Source of the DNA: an uncultured Fibrobacteraceae bacterium
GTDB taxonomy: Bacteria > Krumholzibacteriota > Krumholzibacteriia > LZORAL124-64-63
Assembly: GCA_964607825.1 (NCBI GenBank)
Contig: CAZSNA010000007.1
Coordinates: 1,636 to 65,635 of the forward strand
Direction of reading: 5' to 3'
DNA length: 64,000 bases
The position numbers and the translations under genes are program-made. The notes under the pieces were generated by a model. It was not told where the DNA came from and ran no database searches. It was given only the letters and a program-made list of their open reading frames with translations. Below are positions 34,201 through 43,472 of this stretch, piece after piece. Position 1 is the stretch's first letter. Every line of letters begins with the position of its first letter.

Positions 34201-35091
34201 ATGTCCGTCCTGCGATTCGACGACATCCGGCGCGCCTACAAGCGAGGCCAGAACGTGCTCGACGGCGTGAGCTTCGACGTGTCCCCCGGCGAGGTGGTGG
34301 GCCTGCTCGGCCGCAACGGCGCCGGCAAGACCACGCTGATCCGCATCGCCATGGGCATGATCGAGCCCCAGTCCGGCTCGGTGCGCGTGTTCGGGCTCGA
34401 TCCCTCCCGCGAGCCGCTCGAGGTGAAGCGCCGCATCGGCTACGTGAGCGAGGAGCAGACCCTGCCCGGTTTCCTGTCCATCGGCGACGTGATCCGCCTG
34501 CACCGCGACCTGTTCCCCGACTGGGACGACCTCATGGCCGAGGGGCTCTGCGACCGCTACGACCTGTCCTGGCAGAAGAAGATCAAGGACCTGAGCAAGG
34601 GCCAGGCGCGGCAGGTGGCGCTGCTCTGCGCGGTGTCGCACAAGCCGGAGCTGCTGATCCTGGACGAGCCCGCGGGCGGGCTCGATCCCGCGGCGCGGCG
34701 CGACTTCCTGGAGACCTCCATCCAGCTGCTGAACGAGGCCGGTTCCACGATCCTCTTCTCCTCGCACCACATGAGCGACGTGGAGCGCATGGCCGGCCGG
34801 GTGGTCATGCTGCACGACGGGACGGTGCTGCTGGACGATCCCCTGGACGAGCTGCAGGAGAACTTCGCGCTGGCGATCCTCCCCCACGGCGAGGGCCGCG
34901 AGGCGGAGCTGCAGGCGCTGCCCGAATGCCTGGGCGTGCGCGACCGCATCGAGGGCCTGCACGCGGTGCTGCGGCTCGATCCCGCGCGGGCGCGCGAGGC
35001 GGTCGAGTCGCGGCTGGGCGCCGATGGCGGCCGCTACGAGCGGCTGGGCCTCGAGGAGATGTTCATCGAGATCGCGGAAGGGCAGTCATGA
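34201..35091 (+). CDS. ABC transporter ATP-binding protein
   Basis: GRNGAGKTT (Walker A), LSKGQARQVAL (signature) and LILDEP (Walker B). Confidence 0.9.
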   Translation: MSVLRFDDIRRAYKRGQNVLDGVSFDVSPGEVVGLLGRNGAGKTTLIRIAMGMIEPQSGSVRVFGLDPSREPLEVKRRIGYVSEEQTLPGFLSIGDVIRLHRDLFPDWDDLMAEGLCDRYDLSWQKKIKDLSKGQARQVALLCAVSHKPELLILDEPAGGLDPAARRDFLETSIQLLNEAGSTILFSSHHMSDVERMAGRVVMLHDGTVLLDDPLDELQENFALAILPHGEGREAELQALPECLGVRDRIEGLHAVLRLDPARAREAVESRLGADGGRYERLGLEEMFIEIAEGQS

Positions 35092-36890
35092 ACCGTCTGC
35101 TGCTGTGGAGGGACCAGGGGACGACCAGTCTGTGGGCGCCGTTCATGATCGGCCTGGCCGTCGCCGTCGCGCTGCGTCTGATGAGCCACGACAGCCTGTA
35201 CGGTCCGATGTTCGACCCCGCCAACTCCGGCGGCGCCTGGTTCATACAGCACCTGGCGTTGTGGGCGGTCCTGCTCGCCGGTCTGACCGGATCCCATTTC
35301 TGGCTGAGATCGGCGCGCCTCTATCTGGCGCTCCCCATCTCGACCCGCACCCTCTGGCTGACGCGCATGACGGCCATCGGCATCGGCTGCGCCGCCCTGA
35401 TGCTCGGGCCGGTCCTGCTCAACGGGTTGGATCTCGAGGCGGGCCGGCTCGTGCCGTTGCCGGTGGTCTGGGGCGGCACGCTGAGGCTGCTGTCCGTCTT
35501 CGCGCTGGTGCTCGCGCTGCTGCAGGCTCCCGACGCCCGATTCCGCAAGCTGGAGACCTCGGCCTGGTACATCGCCTACGCCGTCATCCTGTGGATCGGG
35601 GGACTGCTCCTGCTGACCATCGGCCCGCGCAGCCCCTGGCTGGCCGCGCCGGTGTCGGCCCTGGCGCTCTGGGTCGGCTGGCGCACCTGGCGGTCCCTGC
35701 CGCCCGCCTTCACCCTCGAGGGCACCGACCCGGAGAGCGCGCCGGCGGAAGCGGAGCCGGTCGTCGAGACCGCCGCCCCCGCGGTCGATCCTCTCCCCGC
35801 GGCCGAAACGACGCGCGCCTACCCCCTCGACGGCGGTTCCCGCCGTCTGCTCTCGTCGACGCTGCTGCGCCTGATGCACGGCCACTGGCAGGGCTGGCTC
35901 ATGCTGTCGCTGCTGGCGATCTACGGCATGGTGCTGACCATCCACTACTTTCGCGGCAGCGACCCCATCCTGGCGCTGGTCTACTTCTTCGTGTTCGCGT
36001 CCGGGTCGTGGAACCAGGCGCTGCTGAGGCTCCACGCCGTGGACGCCTGGCCCGTCCCGCGCCGCCTGATCTTCGCCCATGCCCTGCTGCCCCTGGTGGT
36101 GATGTACCTGGTGGGAACGGGCATCGGCGTGCTCATCCACGAGACCCGCGCCCGTCCCATGCTGCTGGTGCGCGTGGGCGGCGACGAGCTGGAGATACCC
36201 TACGAGTTCCGCGAGATCGCGACGGACGGGCGCGTGCCCGAGGTCACGGCGCCCTGGGGCGAGCGGCACCGGCCCGAGGGCGCGCGCGTGCTGCCCTGGA
36301 GCGACACGGTCGTCTACACGCCCTACGCCTTCGACGCGGACGCCACCGACCGCTTCCGCGCCTGGCAGGTCGACCGGGCCGTGGCGGCCGTGCACGACGA
36401 CCCGCCCCCGGACGCCGCCCGCTACTCGGGCGCGGCCGCGGCGGCGCTCGACTCCACCTGCTGCGGCTACGACCTCGAGGCGTCCCGCGGGCGCGACTCG
36501 CCCCTGCGGGCCAAGACCATCGCCCTGGTGGTCGTCCTGTTCGCGTTGCTGGAGACGCCCCTGATGCTGCTGAGCACCCTGAGCTACGACCGCCGGGCGC
36601 TGGAGTGGATCCGGGGCAAGGCGGCGACGATCGGCGCGATCTTCCCGATCGCTGTGCTGGGCGCGCTGCTCTGCGTCAGCGCCTTCTCGGACACCCGGCT
36701 GTGGGCCCAGGCCGCGTGGGCCACGATCCGCCTGCGGCGGCTCGCCGAGGCGTTGCCTCTGGGCGCGACCGAATGCTGGCTGCTCGCCGCCGGCGCGCTG
36801 GGCCTCGCGTATCTGGTGCTGCAGGAGCGGTTCGTCAGGCTGGAGGCCACCCACACGCTGCTGAGGAAGCAGCGCGCGGGCGACTGGTAG
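35088..36890 (+). CDS. Polytopic membrane protein, putative permease partner of the ABC ATPase
   Basis: The ATG at 35088 overlaps the ATPase stop. About 600 aa with more than 10 hydrophobic segments and no recognisable family motif. Confidence 0.6.
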   Translation: MNRLLLWRDQGTTSLWAPFMIGLAVAVALRLMSHDSLYGPMFDPANSGGAWFIQHLALWAVLLAGLTGSHFWLRSARLYLALPISTRTLWLTRMTAIGIGCAALMLGPVLLNGLDLEAGRLVPLPVVWGGTLRLLSVFALVLALLQAPDARFRKLETSAWYIAYAVILWIGGLLLLTIGPRSPWLAAPVSALALWVGWRTWRSLPPAFTLEGTDPESAPAEAEPVVETAAPAVDPLPAAETTRAYPLDGGSRRLLSSTLLRLMHGHWQGWLMLSLLAIYGMVLTIHYFRGSDPILALVYFFVFASGSWNQALLRLHAVDAWPVPRRLIFAHALLPLVVMYLVGTGIGVLIHETRARPMLLVRVGGDELEIPYEFREIATDGRVPEVTAPWGERHRPEGARVLPWSDTVVYTPYAFDADATDRFRAWQVDRAVAAVHDDPPPDAARYSGAAAAALDSTCCGYDLEASRGRDSPLRAKTIALVVVLFALLETPLMLLSTLSYDRRALEWIRGKAATIGAIFPIAVLGALLCVSAFSDTRLWAQAAWATIRLRRLAEALPLGATECWLLAAGALGLAYLVLQERFVRLEATHTLLRKQRAGDW

Positions 36891-36911
36891 CGGTGGGAGG
36901 TCCGGCCCGGT

Positions 36912-37766
36912 TCAGCGCTGGCTCGGGTCGGGCAGACGCGGGTCGAGCTGGCGCGCCCGCTGGATCAGGCGCTCGGCGTCCTCGAAGTTCCCCTGCTGTC
37001 CCTCGATCATGCCCAGGTTGTAGTGGGCGATGGCGAGCTGGTCGTCGAGCGCGATGGCCTTCTCGTAGCTGCTCCGGGCGCCGGCCAGGTCGCCGCCGTC
37101 ATGGCGGAGCATGCCCAGGTTCAGATGGTTCACGGCGACGTCGGGCTCGAGGTCCACGGCGGCCTGCAGCTCGCGCTCGGCGTCCTCGCGGCGCTGCATC
37201 TGCAGGTAGAACTGGCCGAGCTGGCCCCGGGCCGGGGCGAGGGCCGGCGCGAGCTCCACCAGCTTCTCGAAGGTCTCCACCGCCTGGGGCAGGCGCTGGG
37301 TCATGGCGTAGGCCACGCCCAGGTTGCCCATCACGTCGACGTTGTAGGGGTCGTCCTCGAGGGCCCGTTGCAGGGGCGCCACCGCCGCGGCGCCATTGCC
37401 CATCAGCATGTGGAGGGCGCCTTCCTTGGCGAACAGGGCGCTGCTCTCGGCGCCGTTGTCGCGCACGCCCTTCACCACCGACAGGGCCTGGGGGTAGTCG
37501 CCCCGGCGCTCGAGCAGGCCGGCCAGGGCGAGCCCGGCCTCGGCATCTGACGGATCCTGGTCGAGGGCGGCCTGGAGCACCGACACGGAGTCGGGCTGGC
37601 CGATCTGGGCGGCCGTGGGGCCGCTCCGACCCTGGGCCGCGGCGCGGAGGGAGGGAATCGGATCGTCGGCCTCGGGGCGGTCGCCTTCGCCGCAACCGGC
37701 CGCGAGCAACAGGAGGACGGGCAGCAGCAGGGCGGGACGGATCGCGAACGGGCGACGGCGGAACAT
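36912..37766 (-). CDS. TPR-repeat lipoprotein
   Basis: MFRRRPFAIRPALLLPVLLLLAAGCGE lipobox after the ATG at 37766 (GGAGG ribosome-binding site). TPR repeats follow (...ALDDQLAIAHYNLGM...). Confidence 0.7.
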   Translation of the reverse strand: MFRRRPFAIRPALLLPVLLLLAAGCGEGDRPEADDPIPSLRAAAQGRSGPTAAQIGQPDSVSVLQAALDQDPSDAEAGLALAGLLERRGDYPQALSVVKGVRDNGAESSALFAKEGALHMLMGNGAAAVAPLQRALEDDPYNVDVMGNLGVAYAMTQRLPQAVETFEKLVELAPALAPARGQLGQFYLQMQRREDAERELQAAVDLEPDVAVNHLNLGMLRHDGGDLAGARSSYEKAIALDDQLAIAHYNLGMIEGQQGNFEDAERLIQRARQLDPRLPDPSQR

Positions 37767-37916
37767 GGACCGACCTCCAAACGGGCGGAATCGTGCGGGC
37801 GGATGCCCGCCAAGCATAACAGATACACCACCGATCGCCAGCGGATCCCGACGGTCGATCCCGCCGAACGACGTTGCTTCCGCGGCCCATTCCCGCTATT
37901 CTGGTTGACTGGAACC

Positions 37917-37940
37917 CCGGCCGCACGGCCGGCGTTTTTT
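37917..37940 (+). terminator. GC hairpin plus T6 in the 5' leader of the POT transporter gene (terminator or attenuator-like)
   Basis: CCGGCC-GCAC-GGCCGG followed by CGTTTTTTCG, about 55 nt upstream of the ATG at 37994. No + strand gene lies upstream of it. Confidence 0.4.
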
Positions 37941-37993
37941 CGCTGTTCTACGGATCGGCACCACCCCCACGCCATCGAACGGGAAGACGACGC

Positions 37994-39574
37994 ATGAGCA
38001 CCAACGCCGCCGCCCCCCGCAAGACCTCCGTATTCCGCATGTTCCCCGGCGCCTTCTGGTCGGCCAACATCATGGAGATCTTCGAACGAATGGGTTGGTA
38101 CGGCTTCTACGCCGTGTCCAGCATCTACCTGACCGGCGAGATCGCCGACGGCGGGCTGGGCTTCACCAGCGAGGACCGCGGCGTGATCCAGGGCGTGGTC
38201 ACGTTCTTCCTGTACCTGTTCCCCGCCGTGTTCGGGGCCCTGGCCGACCGCTACGGCTACAAGTCGATGTTCCTGGCCTCGACGGTGATCATGGCGCCCG
38301 CCTACGTCCTGCTCCAGTTCCCCACAAGCTTCTGGGGCTTCTTCGCGGTCTACTTCCTGGTGGCCATCGGCCACAGCATGTTCAAGCCGGTGGTGATCGC
38401 CACGGTCGCCAAGACGACCGACGAGAAGACGGGCTCGCTGGGCTTCGGCATCTTCTACATGATGGTCAACGTGGGCGGATTCCTCGGCCCCATCATCGCC
38501 GGCGTCGTGCGCGGCTGGAGCTGGACCTACGTGTTCTGGGCCTCGGCGATCTGGATCGGCGTCCTCGCCCTGACCTGCCTCGTGGCCTATCGCGACCCGC
38601 GCACCCCCGAGGACAAGGCGACGACCGAGAACCGCAGCCTCGCCGAGATCATGCAGGGCATGGTGGAGGTGGTCGGCAACGGTCGTTTCTTCCTGCTGAT
38701 CTCCGGCGTCCTGACAGTGCTGGTGATGGGCTCGAAGTGGTGGCCCTTCGGCCTGATCGGCCCCATCTCCCTGGGCTGGATCGTCCTGAACCTGGTCGTC
38801 GACGTGTTCCTGCGCATGGCCGGGCGCAAGGCCGACGCGGGCCCCTGGTACCTGCAGCCCATGAAGGTGGGCGAGGGCCGCTACATGGTGTTCCTGCTCC
38901 TGATGGCCGGCTTCTGGACCAGCTTCAACCAGATCTTCCTGACGCTCCCCGAGTACATCCGCGACTACGGCAACACAGGCGACGTGATCCGTTCGCTGAC
39001 GCCGGTGGCCGGCTGGATCACGGGTATCTTCGAGTCGATGGGCGTGTCGACGGCCAACTGGAGCCAGGCCGTCCTGGAGAACGACCAGATCAAGCCCGAG
39101 CACATGATCAACCTGAACGCCTTCGGCATCATCATCGGCCAGGTGGCCATCTCGTGGCTGATGCGCAACGTGAAGCCGCTGAACACGATCATCAACGGCG
39201 TGGTGGTGACGGTGATCAGCTTCCTGGTCTTCATCATCGGCATGAGCGGCTGGATCATCGTGGCCGCGATCCTGGTCTTCTCCATCGGCGAGATGATGGC
39301 CAGTCCCAAGTCCAAGGAATACGCCGGCCGCATCGCGCCCCCGGGCAAGGTCGGCATGTACATGGGCTACTTCTACTGGTGCACCGCCCTGGGGCACCTG
39401 TTCGGCGGCCTGCTGTCGGGCGTGATGTACGGGCACTTCGGACCGGCCGAGCGCGGCGGCATCGACAAGCCGGACGTGATGTGGATCGTGTTCGCGGTGC
39501 TGGCGGCGTCGACGGCCGTCGGGCTGGTGATCTACGACCGCTGGGTGAAGGCGAACCCCGTCACCGAGTCGTGA
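37994..39574 (+). CDS. MFS transporter, proton-dependent oligopeptide transporter (POT) family
   Basis: ATG at 37994. It carries GALADRYGYK and FYMMVNVGGFLGP, the two POT signatures, and about 14 transmembrane segments. Confidence 0.8.
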   Translation: MSTNAAAPRKTSVFRMFPGAFWSANIMEIFERMGWYGFYAVSSIYLTGEIADGGLGFTSEDRGVIQGVVTFFLYLFPAVFGALADRYGYKSMFLASTVIMAPAYVLLQFPTSFWGFFAVYFLVAIGHSMFKPVVIATVAKTTDEKTGSLGFGIFYMMVNVGGFLGPIIAGVVRGWSWTYVFWASAIWIGVLALTCLVAYRDPRTPEDKATTENRSLAEIMQGMVEVVGNGRFFLLISGVLTVLVMGSKWWPFGLIGPISLGWIVLNLVVDVFLRMAGRKADAGPWYLQPMKVGEGRYMVFLLLMAGFWTSFNQIFLTLPEYIRDYGNTGDVIRSLTPVAGWITGIFESMGVSTANWSQAVLENDQIKPEHMINLNAFGIIIGQVAISWLMRNVKPLNTIINGVVVTVISFLVFIIGMSGWIIVAAILVFSIGEMMASPKSKEYAGRIAPPGKVGMYMGYFYWCTALGHLFGGLLSGVMYGHFGPAERGGIDKPDVMWIVFAVLAASTAVGLVIYDRWVKANPVTES

Positions 39575-40266
39575 GATTCGCGGCGCCGCTCGTCCGCGGC
39601 ACCCTGATCGAGCGCGAGAAGCGCTTCCTCGTCCACGTGGATCTGGACGACGGCCGCCGCGTCATCGCCCACACCAACAACACCGGCACCATGCTGGGCT
39701 GCAATACGCCCGGCTCGCCGGTGTGGCTCTCCCCCGCCGACAATCCCAAGCGCAAGCTGAAGTGGACCTACGAGCTGATCGAGGCCGACGGGGTGCTCGT
39801 CGGCATCAACACGTCGGTGCCCAATCGCCTGGCGGCCGAGGGCGTGGAGGACGGCACCATCGCCGAACTGCAGGGCTACGACTCGCTGCGGCGCGAGGTG
39901 CGCTACGGCGAGGGATCGCGGGCGGACCTGCTGCTGGAGCGCGGCGACGCGCGGTGCTGGGTCGAAGTGAAGAACGTGACGCTGACGCGCGACGGCGCGG
40001 CGCTGTTCCCCGACGCGGTGACCGCGCGCGGGCTGAAGCACCTGCGGGAGCTGACGGCCGCGGTGGCGGCGGGGGATCGGGCGGTCATGCTGTACGTGGT
40101 GCAGCGGGCGGATGCGGATGGGTTCGCGCCGGCGGATGATATCGATCCGGCGTATGGGGCCGGGCTGCGGGAGGCGATGGCGGCGGGGGTCGAGGCGTTC
40201 TGCTACCAGGCCGACGTCACGACCGAGGCGATTCGGCTGGCGCGGCCGCTGCCCGTGCACCTATGA
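39571..40266 (+). CDS. sfsA: SfsA (sugar fermentation stimulation protein A) homolog
   Basis: GTG at 39571 overlaps the POT stop (GTGA). The N-terminus ...LVRGTLIEREKRFLVHV... matches the SfsA N-terminus. Confidence 0.75.
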   Translation: MRFAAPLVRGTLIEREKRFLVHVDLDDGRRVIAHTNNTGTMLGCNTPGSPVWLSPADNPKRKLKWTYELIEADGVLVGINTSVPNRLAAEGVEDGTIAELQGYDSLRREVRYGEGSRADLLLERGDARCWVEVKNVTLTRDGAALFPDAVTARGLKHLRELTAAVAAGDRAVMLYVVQRADADGFAPADDIDPAYGAGLREAMAAGVEAFCYQADVTTEAIRLARPLPVHL

Positions 40267-40273
40267 TCCGGCC

Positions 40274-40771
40274 ATGAAACGACGACCCCGCATCTGCGTC
40301 AGCGCCTGCCTCCTCGGAGAACCCGTCCGCTACGACGGCGACACGAAGCCCCACGCCTGGGTGCGCGACGAGCTGTCGCGCGTGGCGGAGCTGGTGCCGG
40401 TCTGTCCGGAGAGCGATCTGGGCATGGGGGTCCCGCGCGAGCCTGTGGATCTGCACGGGGAGCCGGCGGCGCCGCGGATGATCGGCGTGGAGTCGGGCGA
40501 GGACTGGACCGGGCGGATGGTCGCCTGGTGCGAACGGCGCGTGGAGGCGTTGCTGGCGGAGGGCTTGGACGGCGCGGTGCTCAAGAGCCGGTCGCCGAGC
40601 TGCGGGGTGGGGAGTACGCCGGTGAAGCCCGATGTGGTGGGCGACGGGTTGTTCGCTCTGGCCCTGCGGGCGGCCGATCCGGAGCTGCCGATCGTCGAGG
40701 ACGAGGCGCTGGACGACGACGCGGGGCGGGAGGCGTTCCTGCGGCGGATGCGCGAGCGGGCCGGTGGATAG
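40274..40771 (+). CDS. DUF523 / TudS-like (2-thiouracil desulfurase family) protein
   Basis: Starts MKRRPRICVSACLLGEPVRYDG... and has ...CPESDLGMGVPREP..., the conserved Cys-containing block of DUF523. Confidence 0.65.
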   Translation: MKRRPRICVSACLLGEPVRYDGDTKPHAWVRDELSRVAELVPVCPESDLGMGVPREPVDLHGEPAAPRMIGVESGEDWTGRMVAWCERRVEALLAEGLDGAVLKSRSPSCGVGSTPVKPDVVGDGLFALALRAADPELPIVEDEALDDDAGREAFLRRMRERAGG

Positions 40772-40790
40772 CCCCCATCAACCGCGGCCA

Positions 40791-40804
40791 TTTACACGTG
40801 TAAT
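40791..40804. repeat. Copy of the palindrome (TTTACACGTGTAAT), 3' of T9SS gene 40840..41793
   Basis: 13 of 14 positions match. It lies 36 bp from the stop. Confidence 0.6.
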
Positions 40805-40839
40805 ACCGCCCCCCGAGTGAGACCTATCGCCATCCACGC

Positions 40840-41793
40840 TCAACGGGTCAGGACGATGCGCCTGGTCAGCGAGCGCTCGCCGTCCGGTACGACGGCGAAG
40901 TAGACGCCGGCCGGCAGGAGTCGGCCCCGCTCGTCCCGTCCGTCCCAGCGGATCACGTGGGCCCCGTCGGAAGCCGGCTCGCTGCGGAACGCCCGGACCC
41001 GTCGACCCCGGGCGTCATGGATCACGAGGTTCGCGGACCTCGGTTCCCGAAGCTCGAACCCGATGACCGTCTCGTGCTGGAACGGGTTGGGGTGGTTGCG
41101 AAGCGGGACCGTCAGGGCCGCGTCGTGCTCCGATGCCGAATTGGACATGTCGACCACGAAGTGCAGACCGTCGATGAGCGTCCGGTGTCCGGCCCCCGGG
41201 CCGAAGATCACGTAGTATTCCCACTCCAGCTTCAGCACCTGCGTGGGGGTGGCCGCGTCCGCACACGGCGACCAGAGCGCTCCGGAGTAGCACTCCCAGA
41301 CGGCGTCTTCGAACCATCCCTGGAACTCGGTCCAGGCGAGCGATGTCGGGATCTGCCAGCTCAACCGCTTGGCCGTGATCCCCGCGAGCGCCTCCGTCTC
41401 GGTCGGTTCCACGTAGACACGCACGCTGTAGAGCGGATTGGCGGTCTCCCAGGTCGTCTTGTACCAGAAGTGGAGCGCGACGAGGCCGTCCATCGACAAT
41501 CCCCCGCCCGCCCACTCGGGACGCTCGTAGGTGAAGTCCTTGTTCCACGTCCCGCTCTGCAGCTCGAAGCCGACGCTGCCCGCGCCGACCACGTAGTCTC
41601 CGGCGGTTTGAGGCGTGATGATCTGGAGGGTCAGGCCGCACTCCGGGTTCCAGCCGTCGTAGTACGCGTCCACCCAGACAGCGTATTCGCTCCAGGCGTC
41701 GCCGTCATCCGGAACGCTCACGCCATGGGCCGTCGCGATCGGGAGAGCGATGAGGGCGAACGTCGTCAGGGCGAGTCCCGTGAGCATCTTCAT
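40840..41793 (-). CDS. Secreted protein with a T9SS C-terminal sorting domain
   Basis: Signal peptide, then the C-terminus ...HPNPFQHETVIGFEL...AGVYFAVVPDGERSLTRRIVLTR. An AAGGGAG ribosome-binding site sits upstream. Confidence 0.7.
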   Translation of the reverse strand: MKMLTGLALTTFALIALPIATAHGVSVPDDGDAWSEYAVWVDAYYDGWNPECGLTLQIITPQTAGDYVVGAGSVGFELQSGTWNKDFTYERPEWAGGGLSMDGLVALHFWYKTTWETANPLYSVRVYVEPTETEALAGITAKRLSWQIPTSLAWTEFQGWFEDAVWECYSGALWSPCADAATPTQVLKLEWEYYVIFGPGAGHRTLIDGLHFVVDMSNSASEHDAALTVPLRNHPNPFQHETVIGFELREPRSANLVIHDARGRRVRAFRSEPASDGAHVIRWDGRDERGRLLPAGVYFAVVPDGERSLTRRIVLTR

Positions 41794-41987
41794 GATTCGC
41801 TCCCTTGATCAGTGGCGACGGGTCATGCTGGGGCGAGGGAGACTATATCACGTCGAACATGGTTTTTCGATACGGGGAGTGCCTTCTACGTATTCGTCCG
41901 CTATGGCGCCCTGGGACTCATGAGGTTGGTCTGATTGGATCTGGAGGAGATGGCTCGGTGTGTGGGACTCGACCGCAATCCCAGCGC

Positions 41988-42002
41988 TTTACACGTGTAA
42001 AA
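41988..42002. repeat. Copy of the palindrome (TTTACACGTGTAAAA), about 195 bp 5' of T9SS gene 40840..41793
   Basis: Exact 14/14 match. Confidence 0.6.
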
Positions 42003-42009
42003 CGCCCCC

Positions 42010-43452
42010 TCACGAATAATCGATCAAAACCGCAATCGTCAAGAACACCGCCGACACCCCCATCAACAACGCCCATAACGGCAGCATGAACCGCAGCCAT
42101 CGTCCGTAGGGCACCCTGGCCAGCGCCAGCATCGCCATCACGATGCCGCTGGTGGGGATGATGGTGTTCGAGAACCCGTCCCCGCAGGTGAAGGCCAGCA
42201 CGGCGGTCTGCCGCGACAGCCCGATGATGTCCGACAGCGGGGCCATCAGCGGCACGGTCACCGCGGCCTGGCCCGAGCCCGAGGGCACCAGCAGGTTCAG
42301 CGTGGACTCGAAGAGCAGCATGCCGACGGCCGCCACGTACTTGGGCACGTGCAGCAGGAGCGAGGCGGCGCCGTGGACGATGGTGTCCATGATCTGGCCG
42401 TCGGACAGCACCACCTCGATGCCGCGGGCGAAGCCCACCACCAGCGCGGCGACCACCATGTCGCGCATGCCGCCGACGAAGGCCGAGACGGTGTCGTCGA
42501 GGGGCAGTCGCGCGATGGCGGCGGCCACGATGCCCATCAGCAGGAAGCCGCCGATCATGTCGTTCATCCACCAGCCGTAGAGGTTGGTGGCGACCAGGAT
42601 GCCCGCGAAGATGAGCGTGCTGCTGATCAGGATGGCCGCGTGGCGCCCGGTGAAGGGGCCGACGTCCTCTTCCTCGATCTCGAAATCCTCGTCCGGCGCG
42701 TACGACGCCGACGGATCGGCCATCACGCGCCGTCCGTAGCGCAGGGTGTAGAGGATGGCGACGGTGATGGCGCAGGCCCACAAGGCGATGCGCAGGGGCA
42801 TGCCGCTGTACAGGGGCAGCTCGGCGATGCCCTGGGCCACGCAGACGGTGAAGGGGTTGGTGGTCGAGGCCGCGAAGCCCACCTCGGCGGCCACCAGCAC
42901 CAGCGCCAGGCCGTAGATGCGGTCGTAGCCCAGCCGCCGGCTCACCAGCAGGAAGACCGGCACCAGCGGGATGAACTCCTCCCCCATGCCCAGGGTCGAG
43001 CCGCCGATGGACAGGACGACCATCAGCACGATCGTCAGCGCGGGGCCCGAGCCGCCGAAGCGGCTCACCAGGCGCGCGAGGCCGGCGTTGATCACGCCGG
43101 TGCGCTGCAGGATCCCGAAGACCCCGCCCACGATGAAGATGAAGAAGATGATGTCCGCCTGCTTCTCCAGGCCGCGCGGGATGGCGGTCAGGAAGCCGTG
43201 CAGGCCCACGGGGGTGGCCTTGTCGCCGGCGTCCTCGGGCTCGAGGCCGAGCAGCAGGTTGCCCGTGTCGTAGTGCTTGTCGAGCTGGCGGAAGGTGCCG
43301 GGGACCAGCAGCGTGCGTTCGCGCCCGCCCACCTCGACGGTGCGGCGCTCGTACTCGCCCGAGGGCACGACGTGGGTCAGCGCCGAGCAGACGAGGATGA
43401 CGCCCGCGAGCAGGACGAAGACGTGGGGGACTTTGAGTCGAGGTTTCGCCAT
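42010..43452 (-). CDS. YfcC/DcuC-family polytopic membrane transporter
   Basis: 480 aa with about 12 transmembrane segments. The glycine-rich blocks are typical of YfcC-like C4-dicarboxylate / amino-acid antiporter family proteins. Confidence 0.65.
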   Translation of the reverse strand: MAKPRLKVPHVFVLLAGVILVCSALTHVVPSGEYERRTVEVGGRERTLLVPGTFRQLDKHYDTGNLLLGLEPEDAGDKATPVGLHGFLTAIPRGLEKQADIIFFIFIVGGVFGILQRTGVINAGLARLVSRFGGSGPALTIVLMVVLSIGGSTLGMGEEFIPLVPVFLLVSRRLGYDRIYGLALVLVAAEVGFAASTTNPFTVCVAQGIAELPLYSGMPLRIALWACAITVAILYTLRYGRRVMADPSASYAPDEDFEIEEEDVGPFTGRHAAILISSTLIFAGILVATNLYGWWMNDMIGGFLLMGIVAAAIARLPLDDTVSAFVGGMRDMVVAALVVGFARGIEVVLSDGQIMDTIVHGAASLLLHVPKYVAAVGMLLFESTLNLLVPSGSGQAAVTVPLMAPLSDIIGLSRQTAVLAFTCGDGFSNTIIPTSGIVMAMLALARVPYGRWLRFMLPLWALLMGVSAVFLTIAVLIDYS

Positions 43453-43472
43453 CGGGGCAGCCTAGCCGATCG

